Below are positions 25,582 to 37,500 of a DNA stretch of 64,000 nt, piece after piece. The stretch is taken from positions 32,001 to 96,000 of IMG/VR virus record IMGVR_UViG_2930337131_000001. One strand, 5' to 3'. Source of the stretch: a virus. Its lineage: Duplodnaviria; Caudoviricetes. Each line of letters begins with the position of its first letter. Position 1 is the stretch's first letter. The notes beneath the pieces were generated by a model. It ran no database searches, was not told the origin of the DNA, and saw nothing but the letters and a program-made list of their open reading frames with translations. The position numbers and the translations under genes are program-made.

Positions 25582-28500
25582 ATGCTGAATCGCCCCGCTG
25601 CTGCGCACGCTGAGTTGCAGGACCTGAGTGACGGTCTCGAGGTCAAGGCCGCCCGCCGTTGGAACCCCGCCCTGCATCCTCGCGACAGCAAGGGCCGATT
25701 TATCGAGACCGGCGGCATCGTCCGCCTGTGGGGAGGCGACCTCGCGCGCGTCATGCGCGCCCTGCCCAACGACCGCATCCTCGTGCAGGACCAGACCGGC
25801 CCGAACGAGTTCAACGGCCGCAGGCACACCACCAGCGCCAAGTGGGTGTCCATGGTGGCCCGCCCCGACGGCTCCGCGCCCACTGACAACGAGCACAAGG
25901 TCGAGGCGGAGGACGAGAAGCGGGACAAGGACGCCCGGCGCGGCAACGGCGTTGTCCACGACGACGCCGGCGACCCCGACACCCCCAACGACGCTCACCC
26001 CGTCGACGACCGCGGCCGCCCGATCGGCGAGGACGACCACCCCGTCGGGCCCCGCGAGAACGACGACCAGGACGAGCCCGAGCACGGCAGGCACCCGGTC
26101 AACGTCCGCGCCCTGCCCAACGAACCCACTTCGGGCGGCAGCCGCTTCCAGGACACGGCGGCAGTCCGTCAGCACTTCCTCGACCTGGCCGACCGGCCCG
26201 ACACCCGGCCGGAGATGGCGCAGTTCCTGCGCTCCGTCGCCACTGACGACGACCTGCGTATCGCGGGGGACCTGGCCGTCCTCCGCGACGACTCCACCGG
26301 CCGCTGGTACCTGACGGCGACCGGCACCGGTCAGCGCATGGACCTTGCCGGGGACTTCGCCACCCCCGACGAGGCCAGTGAGTTCGCCCGCCACCTCCGG
26401 ACCACCGCCCCGACCAAGGGCGCTGCGATCCGCGCGTTTGCTCGGGGATTCGACTTCTCCAACCCCGACCTTGACGCCGAGGCGCGCACCTGGCGCTCGG
26501 ACAGGGACGAGAACATCGCGACCGCCATCAAGCGGGCCCGCGGGGAGTTCGACGCCTCCCGCCCCAATCCCGACACGGCCCACGCCCCGCACCCGGACGC
26601 TGGTACGCCGGAGACGGTCAGCCGAGACCAGCTCCAGCCTGGTGACCGCGTCAGGGTGACCGTGGGCCGCGGTGACATCGAGTGGCCGGACAGCACCCGC
26701 GGCCAGGACAAGCCGGAGACGGTCACCGTCGAGGGCACCGTCGCGCCCACCTACCGGCCCGGCCCGGGAACCCAGGGCGCGCCCCTCGTCGACGTCACCC
26801 TGACCCGCCCGGACGGCGTCGTGATGGCATCCAACGACTCCGCCCACGTCCGGCGGATGCCCAGCCAGGCGGACCGGCTCGGGCACACGGACGGCCACGC
26901 CCCGGAGGAACGGCGCGCCGACCACGTCCGCGTCGGAGACGTCATCTCCCGCGGCAACTTCGGGCACGTCGTCACCCGGATCAACCGCCACCAGGGCGGC
27001 CGGACCTTCACGACCCGCAACCTCGGCGGCCGCGGCGAGGTCGACCAGTTCGGTACGCGCCCCGACGCCATGCTGTCCGTCGTCCCGCGCGGCAGCCGCC
27101 GACCGGAGGACGTCCTGCGCGACGTCCCCAGCCACACGCAGCAGCACCCGAACAGCACGGATGCCCGCGGTGCGGCCAGGATGATCGTCCGGGACTGGGG
27201 CCGGGTCAACGAGCTCGCCGGGCAGCAGTGGCCGGACGGGGCGCCGGACGAGTTCCGCACCCTGGCCCAGCACATGCAGAACGTCACGGAGGACCCCAAG
27301 GGCCCCGAGGGCTACCAGCAGAACGCCGACGCGATGCGCGGCGCCCTGGACGTCCTCCACGGGCTGGACTCCGACAACGTCAGCCAGGACATGGCGCGCT
27401 CCCTTCACCGGCTCGAGGAGGGCCTGGACTACAACGCCGACCGGTTCGAGGCCGACGCCCGCGCGATCCAGGCCCGCAGGGCGGCCGCGGCCGCGAACGC
27501 CCCGGACGCCAACGCGCCCGAGACCAACGCGCCCGCGAGCCCGGAGCCTGCCGGCGAACCGCTGCAGCACGATTGGTCCCCCGACAACCTGGTCACCCTG
27601 ACCATGCCGGAGGCGCTCGCGGACTTCCTCAACGTGGACGAAACCGCGGCGATGGAGGACCCCGACACCCGTAAGGCACTCACCGAAGCCGTCCGCGGCC
27701 GCAACGGCACGCTGAAGGTCACCGCGCCGATCGAGACGCACCGGGCCCTGCTCGAGTGGGCGTGGACGCTCGCGGGCGGTGAAGGACTGGACTCCGACCC
27801 GAAGGAGGTCCGGGCCCACCGCAACTACACCAAGCGCGTTGACGAGGCCGCGGCCAAGCTGGAGGAGGCCCGCGCGGCGAAGCCGGACGGCGACGCCCCA
27901 GACGCGAACGTTCCCACCCCGGACGCCGGTGGCAGCACGCCGGATGCACCGTCGGCCAACGCCCCGGACGCCGGCCAGGGCACCCCGGACGCTGGCACCC
28001 CGGACACGGTCACCATGTCGCCCGACGAGGTGAACGCGCCCGCGGCCGCGGCGCACGGAGCGAAGGCCCCGTCGTCGATGGACGACGGCGAGATCCGCGA
28101 CGAGATCGTCTCCCTGATGGAGCGGGAGATGGCCAACGGCGGGGAGCTGTCGGGAGTCGACCGCACCCGCCTCCAGGTCCTCGAGGCGGAGGAGGCCCGC
28201 CGCGCCGGCCGTGCGCCGAAGCGCGAGGACAAGCCGAAGCCGAAGCCCGCGGAGGAGCCCGGCGGTCTGTTCGACGTCGCCCCCGACGAGCAGCAGCGGT
28301 TCGTTGCCGACCCGAACAACCCGGACGACCTGGCGGACGACCCGCTGGGCACGCCGGACATGTTCGCCGACCACGAAGGCCGCGACACGTCCCGGCTGCG
28401 GCCCCCGCAGTCCCGCAAGCCTGCCGACTTCAAGCCCGGCGACCGGTTCGTCGACACCGACGGGCGCACCCACACCGTGCGGGACGAGCCGATCCGGACC

Positions 28501-31500
28501 CCGCGCGGCCGCATCCGCGTCGTCGACGAGGACGGTGGGGAGCACTTCCTCGCGCCGGACAAGGAACTGCGCGTCCTGCACGAGGACGAGACCGCCCCCG
28601 AAGTGCCGGAGACCAACACCCCCGAAGCGAACGCGCCGGAGGGCGACGCCCCGTCCTCGGACGCCCCGGACACCAACACCCCGGGCGCCGACGCCGCCGA
28701 CACCCCTGACGCCAACGCGCCCGAGGGAGACACCCCCGGCACCCCGGACGACTCCGTCGCCCCGCCTGCCCCGATCGGGGAGGCGTCCCCGGCGAGCATG
28801 AGCGACGAGGACATCGACGCCGAGCTCGAGGCGCTGCAGGCGTGGCAGAACCGGCACGTCTCGAGCAGCGGGGAAGGCCCGCGCGTTCAGGGCAGTCGCA
28901 TGCTCGCGCTCTCACCAGTCGGCAGCCGCCGCGGCGACCTGTGGCAGGAGCAGCGCAACCGCGAGACGGCCCGCAAGGACAAGGAACGGAAGGAGAAGGA
29001 GAAGCAGGACCGGGCCGCGGCACTCGCCCGTGCCGAGATCGGCAACCGCTCCGCTGACGGCTCGTACCCGGTGGCCGTCGACGGCGACGACGCCGGCAGC
29101 GTCAGCCAGACCGCCCGCAAGTGGCAGTACACAGACGCCGAAGGCCGCCGGTCTCCCGACTTCTACCCGAGCCGCGCCCAGGCCGTGGCCGCGCTCGTCC
29201 AGAGCCGCGACGTCCGCCGGAACAACGACGCCGAGCACGCTCGCCAGGACCAGGCGCGCACGCAGACGCCGAACGGCTGGACTCTCGGCGACCGCGCCGA
29301 CGTGGCCGAGAACGACATCATCCGTATCCCCCGGATGGGCCGTGACCGGGACGGCAGGCCGTACCCCGAGGGCTGGGGGCAGCCGGTCCGCGTTACCGGC
29401 GTGGAGCACCAGGACGACGGCACGACGATCGTCCGCTTCAGCAACCCCGACGGCTCGCACGCCTGGGGCAGCCCCCTGTTCCTGCGGGGCCCCGACGACA
29501 CGTTCGCGTGGGCCAACGACCGCACCCGCCCGGAGCCGACCCCGGCATGGCGGCATGAGCTCCGTCCCCGGATGGCCGACATCGGCGACGACGTCGCCAC
29601 CCTGCTGAACCACGCCGATGGGATCGACGACCAGGACCAGGAGCGGATGCGGCGCCTGGGCGAGCTGATCCGCCGCGTCGAGGACGGCGACACCGAGGAT
29701 CTGCAGGCAGACCTCCGCAAGATCCGCGACGAGGCCGCGTGGCTCGAGGAGCAGTTCAGCCGCGAGGACCTGCCGTTCGAGACGCGCCGGTACAAGTCGT
29801 GGGCGGTGGCCGCGCACGGCAAGGCTCAGCGGGCCCTCGACCACCCGGACTTCCAGCACGGCAGCACGACGGACGCTCCCACCGCGCCCGACGCGAACGC
29901 GCCCGAGGGCGGGGTTCCGGGAACGCCGAGCACGGGCCCCGAGCTGCCCGACGAGTTTGCCGCGGTGCGGCAGCGCTACGGCGGCGACATGGTGCCCGCG
30001 TCCGAGATCCAGCGCGGGGACTGGGTGCACACCGTCTCGCGTGACCCCGTCTACAACGAGCCGATGCACATGGTGGGGCGCGTCGTCGACGTCACCCCCG
30101 TACTCAGCAACGGGCAGGTCCGCATCGAGGTCGAGGCGCACGTCAAGCTCAACGGCAAGGACACCGTGCGGACCGAGTTCGCGATGATCCCCGCCACCGA
30201 TCTGGCGGAGCGGCTCCCGGAGGGCAACCCCGGACGAGAGGACTCCTCCGACCTGGCGCGCCGGATCGAGGGCGATTTCGAGCGGCACCATGCGTCCAAG
30301 GTGCCGGTACCGGAGGGCTGGCAGGCCGTTGACGGCTCTCAGATCCAGCCCCGCCCCGGCGACCGCTACCGGATCGTCGCGCGCAGGGGCGGCGGCTCGG
30401 GCCCCCACGCGGGTAAAGAGCACATGAACGTCACGGTGGAACGCCCGGCCGAGCGAGAGGGCTACTGGCGCGTCAAGGGCCAGCCGCTGAGCTTCCGCCC
30501 GAGCGACATCGTGGCCATCCCCGACGACGCCGGAGCGCAGCACAGGGACGACGCACCCGACGCCAACCTGCCGAACGCCGACGCCCCGAACGCGGACGCT
30601 CCGAACGTCGACGACCGCGCCACCCGTGCCCGGGACCTGTTCGGCGAGGGCATGAACGCCGTGGGCGGCGACTCCCTGCCGGAGATGCAGGAGCTCAACG
30701 ACCGTCTCGGCCGCGCTGACTCCGCGGACGACCGGGACGCGGAACTCGGTGACATCGCCGACCGCATGGACGAGCTCGCCGACCAGTACGGGCTCGCAGG
30801 CCCCCAGGGCGAGCTCGCCGCCGACCGGTTCCGCCGTGCTGCGCGTGCAGCCCGCGGCGAGCAGGACGACCGCGACAACCACGGAGGCGACGACCACAGC
30901 AACGCTCACGCAGACGGCGACCGCAGCACCGACGGCGCGTCCAACGACGGCCAGAACGACGGCAGCAGCAACGACACGACGGACGGAGGCACCCCCGACG
31001 GTGAGGACCGCGGGCAGCAGCGGGACGACCAGACGGCCCCGGCCGGCGACAGCGCCGACGAGCCGAACCAGGACGACAACCAGGGCGAGCCGAACCCCGA
31101 CGACACCCAGACCCCCGGCGACGACCAGGGCCAGCCGGACAACGAGGACGAGCAGCGCCAGGACGACCAGGACAACGGCCGGCAGCGCAACGACACGAAC
31201 CCGGACGGGGCCGCCCCCGACGGCGCCCCCGACGGTGGCGGAGCAGGCGCGCCCGACTCCAGCGACGACAGCAACAACTCGAACGACGACAACGGCGACG
31301 GCCCCGACCACGCGAACGACGAAGAGGACGCCCCGAACCCGGACGAGGAGAACCAGGACGACGAGGAGCGCCGCCGGAAGCGCCGGCGTCGCCGCAACAA
31401 CCGCGGGGGCGGTACCGGTGGCCCCGGCGGGGGCGGACCGGGCGGCCCTGGCCTGCCGCACCTGAGCCTGCCGGACCTCAACGTCCCTGCCGGAACGGGC

Positions 31501-34500
31501 GGAGGCGGAGACGGTGGCGACGGCAGTCACGGCGATGGCCACCACCCGCGTACGCCGCACAGCCCTCGTCCGCACGACGTGGACTCCCTGCGGAACGCCT
31601 GGCGATCCGGTGAGGGACTCACCGCGGGCGAGGACACCCCCGAGCGGCGCGCCCATCTCGCCGCCCTGGCGGACCGGGAGGGCCTCGCCCTGTCCCCCCA
31701 GGGCGGAATCGCCCTGTACCCCGAGCAGCAGGACGACGGCACCACCGTGTGGCGCTTCGCGCAGGCCCGCAACGGCTCGAACCTGCCCGGCATCACCCTG
31801 ACTACCGACGATCCCGAGGAAGCGCGCGCGCTTGCGGGCCGGTTCGAGGAGATCACCGACGCCAACGGTGACCCCTTCGACTGGCACCAGCCGCAGGGGC
31901 CGGCCAGCGTCGCCGCGTGGCGCGACGGCGAAGGCCGCACTCTGCCCCAGGCCATCCGTGCGGTGCAGGACGACTACCAGCAGGAGCGCGCCGGAGCGTT
32001 CAACCTGCCCGAGGACCTCACGGGCATGGACGACGCCGACCTCGAGGCCGCCATGCGTCAGGGCCTCGGCCCGGAGGACGAGCTCCGCGTCATGGCGGAG
32101 ATGGACCGCCGCGACGGCTACGTCGACGAGCGGGTCCGTGCCGCCGCGCAGGCCACACCGCCGGCGAACGCCGACGAGGCGGAGCGCGAAGGCCGCGCCA
32201 TGGACGAGGCACTTCGGTTCGGCGACACGGACGTCACGCAGCCTGCTCCGGCCACCCCCGGACGTCTGCGCCGTGAGTTCGACGCCCTCGACGAGGAGCG
32301 GTTCCAGGCCGCCATGCAGGCCACCGGCGGGCGGATGCTCAGCCCCGAGGCCGAGGCCCAGGGCATCGACCCGCGCGCCCTGTTCTCCGGTGGCAAGTAC
32401 AGCAACAAGCAGGCGAAGGCACTGGCCTCGCCCGAGCTGAAGCACTGGTTCGACGGCGACGACACCACCCCCGGCAACGGCCGACTCACCTACCCGCAGT
32501 ACCGGGCGCGGGAGGCCGACCGTGCTCTGCGCGCAGAGTTCGCCGACTGGGACGAGGCCCGCTACCGGCAGGCCGTGGACTTCACGAACGGCTACTTCTT
32601 CCGCCGGGAGTACAAGTTCGGCGGCACCGACTTCAACGAGCGGGAACTGTTCTCCGGCGGCAGCCTGAGCGCCCGAGACCGGTGGAGGCAGTACGCCAGC
32701 GACGAATTGCAGGAGTGGTACGACCTCAACGGCGGCCGCCAGACCTTCGCCCAGTTCCGCGAGGCCCGCCGCGCCAACGACCGCGCCGAGCGGCACCAGC
32801 ACGAGGAGGAGGAGCTGCAGCGCGCCGCCGGGGGCACCCCCGAAGGCGGAGCCCCCGACGGGGTGGCACCCCTCACCGACGACGACGTCACCCCGGCGCC
32901 GCCCTTCAACGCTGCGACCCCCGAGAGCGAGGCCGACGCCGCGTTCCGCTTCGGCGGCCGCGACCGTATGCAGGAGTTCGCCGACCGGGCCGAGGTGCGC
33001 CCGGACGGGGCCACCTCCGAAGGCGTGTGGCTCGACGGCAGGCAGATCGGCACCATCCGGAGCGTCAACGGCGGCAATGGCGACGGGGAACCGGTCTGGG
33101 ACGCCAGCCCGTTCTACGGCCTGGACCACTCGGCCAACAGCCGTTCCCAGAGCCGGGACACGGCCATCGCCAACCTGGTCGCCCGCGCCCTGCAGAACGG
33201 CCCCGCGGACTCCTCGAACCCGAACGAGGACATGTGGGACTCGGTGACCCTGCACCTGGCAGGCCTCACCCACCCGCTGCCCGAGCTGCCGGAGTCCCTC
33301 CGTAACGACCCGGAGGCGCGCGCCCGGTACGACCGGCTGTCCAGCATGGTCGACTCCTTCCGGGACCAGCAGTCGCCCACCGGCGACCTGCGCCAGGACC
33401 TGACGCAGGCTCGCGACGACTTCGCGTGGCTGCACGACGCCCTCGAGGGGCGGGCGCGTACCCAGCAGCAGCGCGAGGAGCTGTCCGACCTCAAGACCCG
33501 CACCTTCTGGGCGGACCGTCTCCAGCAGGGTCTCGGCGAGCCGGACAGCGGCCCGGAACGCCCCCACGCCCCCGGCGAGCCGCAGGGCGACGGAGATGCC
33601 CCGGCCCCGGCGGCGCCGACGCCGGAGCCGGTAAACGCCCCGGACGACACCGTCGATCCGTCGGCGACGCCCGAACCTACGCCGGAGCCGGACCCGGACC
33701 CGATCAGCGGCCAGCCCGCGCACTGGGCCCGCGTTGGGGACCTGCAGCAGGGCGACATGGTCCGCATGAACGGCACCACCAGGAGGGGCCGGCCGGTCCA
33801 GCGCGCCGGATACGTGCAGACCACTCCGCAGTTGGTCGACGTCACCCGCCGCGGCCGCACCGACCAGATGTGGCGTACCTGGGTCACCGAGAACCCGGAC
33901 GGCACCGGCGCGGCCGGGAACGTCTACACGTCCGCCAACGCCACCGCGGCGCGCGCCGAGGCGCCGGACAACGTCGTGCCCGGGTCCCCGGTCAGCGGCG
34001 CCCAGGCATCGCTGCGCTCGGGTGACCTGCCCGACCAGATCCCGGCCGACCGTGACGGCAACGGCCTGTTTCCCGGCAGCACCGTCCGCGGCACCGACGA
34101 CCGGGAAGGCACCGTCACCGGCGCTGCTCCCACCACCGTGTCGGTGCACTGGTCCGACGGCAACGACGACGACGCGCTCCCGGCGACCACGCTGACCGTG
34201 ACCAACGGCCAGCGCCCCGACGGCTGGACCGCCGACGGGCACCGGGTGACCACGCAGAACATCGTCAGCGACAGTGACGGCGCCCTCCTCGGCCCCGTCG
34301 ACGACGTCGACGGAGACAACGTCACCGTCCACACGGCCGACGGCACCATCACCCGCAGCGCGGGCGACCTCCGCGTCACCGGCCAGGTGCGCGACGACGA
34401 GCCCGCGACCGCACCGGTGACCGGCATCGACGAGCCCGCGGCCGCGGACCTCAAGGACGGCGACGTCGTCGTCCTGGACCTCGACGGCCAGCTCTCTACC

Positions 34501-37500
34501 GTCGCGATCACCAGCCCGCCCCACCGGGACGGCGACCGCGTCACCCTGCAGTACGCCGACACCACCACCGGCGAGATGGGCGAGATCGACGTCGACGCCC
34601 GCGCGGTCCTCCCGCGCGCCCAGGGCCCGGACGGTGGCGCCCCGGACCTCGGCCCGGACAACGCGCCGGAGCCGGCCGACGACCTGACCGTGCACCCGAC
34701 CCCGCGCACCGTGGACCCGGTGACCGGCCCGACCGTCGACCCGGAGCTCGACTCGAGCGACCGGAACGTCATCGGCGACCACGCCGACGGCCCGGACACC
34801 GACCCGGACGCCCACCAGGCGGCCGTGCGCATCACCAGCGACCTGCCCGTCACCCCGGAGCAGGCGCAGGCCCTGGCGACGCAACTGCGCTCCGCCGCGG
34901 ACCCGTCGACGCCGGAGGGCCGTGCCGCACTACGCGCCGCGGACCACCTCGACCGGGCTGCCGGCCGGACCCCGCCCGCGGGCCTGGACCGGCCCCGGGC
35001 GTCGAACGCCGCGCAGATCGGTGAGGGCGACCTGGTGGCCATGCCGGACGAGCGCCACGGCAACGAGGTGCGTGTCTTCCGCGTCATCGACGCCGAGGAC
35101 GGCCCCGGAGGCGTGCGCAGCTTCCTCCTGGAGGACGAGAACCAGCAGTGGCGGCGCCGCGTCGTCCACGGGGCCATGCCCGTGTGGCAGCTCCCCGAGG
35201 CCGAGCCGGAGCCCGTCAACCCGCCCGACGTCGACGACACCGACGGCGCCCCGGACCCCGCGGGCGACCCCGGATTCGGTATCCCCGGCGGCCCGATGCG
35301 CCGGGCTGGAGACGGCCCCGCCGCCCCGGCCGCCCCGACGACCACCGCCGCGCCGGACGACTCGAGCACGCCGGACAGCCCGAGCACGCCTGACGAGCCC
35401 ACGGCGCCCGTCGCCCAGGTCCGCCCGGGAAGCCTGCGCCGCGGCGACGTCATCGACGCGCCCGTGAGCCGGACCGGTTACCAGTTCAACGGCCACCGGC
35501 GGCTGACCATCATCAGCGAGCCGCAGCGCAACGGCTGGTGGATGCAGCTCACCGGCGTCGACGAGGACGGCAACGTCCACGACTTCGGGCTGCACAACGG
35601 CCGCGCCGTGAACGTCTACGACAGGAACCGGCCCACCCCGGCTCTGCCCCCGGCCGGTACGCCCCGCGACCCCAACCAGGTGCCGCAGACCGACCTCAAC
35701 CAGCTCGTCACCGACCACGGCCGCGCCCACGCCGCCCGCATCATCGACGAGGCCATCGCAGGCACGGAGCCGCCCGGCGACATCCACGCCCTGCGTGAGG
35801 GCATCGCCCAGCGCCTCACCCCGGACGCCCTGGCCAACGCCCGCCAGGCGACCCGCCAGGACGGCATCGCTGCCCTCGACGCCGCGGGCATTACCGGCCG
35901 GGACCGGGCGAGCGCCCAGCGCCGCCTGCGCACCACCCGCAACCGGGCCCACGACGACACCGTGCGCGCGGCCCTGCGGACCATCAACGACCTCGAGCCG
36001 CTCGATGGGGAGAGTAACGAGGACCTGGCGGCCCGCGCCCGGGACCTGCTGCGCCTCATCCCGGACCAGGTCGCCGGCCGCCCGGACGCCGACCCCGACG
36101 CCGACCCGGACGTCACCCGGGCTGTGACGGGACACGCGGACGCCGCGGTGAACGCTCTCCTGCAGCAGCTCCAGGCCGCGGGCGTGGACCCGGGCGACGC
36201 CGAGCGGATCGCCCGCATCCTCACCCAGCAGATGGCCGGTTCCCGGCAGGCCACGGCCCGCCGGATCGCGCGCCGGGTCGCCGCGGCGAACCCCGACGCG
36301 GGACAGCAGTCGGGCCTCCTCGCCCGGATCGTCGCCGCCCTGGTCCGACTGGCCAAGCGGTTCGGGGAGCTGGTGAAGCAAGGCGCCCGCGCAATCGCCG
36401 AGAAGTACCGGGACACCCGCGATCGGCTGGCCCGCCTGCGTGCCTTCCTGGGTCGCATGGTGCGCCGTGTCCGGCAGTGGCCGGAGTCCCGCCGCCTGGC
36501 CCGTCTGCACCGCGCGGTGAACCTGCCGGCCGCGGACGGCGAGTCGCTGGCCGCACGGATCAGCCACTGGGCCGGACTCATGCCGGAGCCGGGCCGGTTC
36601 GGGCAGGCGCAGCGGCGCCTCACGTTCTGGCGGCCGACCACGTGGGCGCGCCTCGCGTCCGGTCGTCTCCCGGACCGGTCGGACCGGATCCAGTGGACCC
36701 CGGACCGTGCGGCCGACGGCGGCCCCGGCCTGACCGGGCTCCGCCACATGGCGGCCCTGCGGATGGCCGGCCAAGACGTCGACACCGACGTGACCCGTCG
36801 TCTGTCCGCCGCTCTCGGCGACGACTTCGGGGACGACCCGCACGCCACGCTGCAGCACGCCGACGACTACGTGGCCGCGAGCGAGCGCCGTCTGGTCAAC
36901 CTGCAAGCGGCCCGCAGCAGTGCGACCATTCCGGACGACCCCGACCTGGACATCGAGATCACGGCCGCCCGCTCCGAGCTCGCGGCCGCCCGCCGGGAGT
37001 ACTCGGACCTGCGGGACCGGTACGCCGCCGCGGTGCCCGACGCCGTGGCCGCGTCCCTGGCCGACATCCGCGACATGGGCCCCGAGGGCAACTCCGCGAT
37101 CGTGTTCGGCCCGGACACCGACCCGGACGCCGAACGGGCCGTGCGAGGCGTTCAGCGGCTCATCCCCCGGTCGTGGCTCAACACCCCCGAGGCGCGCCGC
37201 TTGACGGCCGTGGACGGCACCCAGGGCCGGTACGAGCCGGAGGGGCAGCGGGTCACGGTTGCCGACCTGGCCGACGAGGGACTTGGCACGGCCGGGTTCG
37301 CCCTGGGCCAGCACTTCGCCGGGCACCTGGGCGACCTCGACGCCGCGCAGCGCGCGTTCCAGTTCAGCCGGACGCACACCGGCCGGCCGGGCGCCCGTCG
37401 GATGCAGCGCAGCCCGTGGGACCGGCTCCGGCGACGGCAGCAGACGCAACCGGAGACCGGTGACACCCTCGCGCGATCCATTCAGGCGATGTTCAGTGGC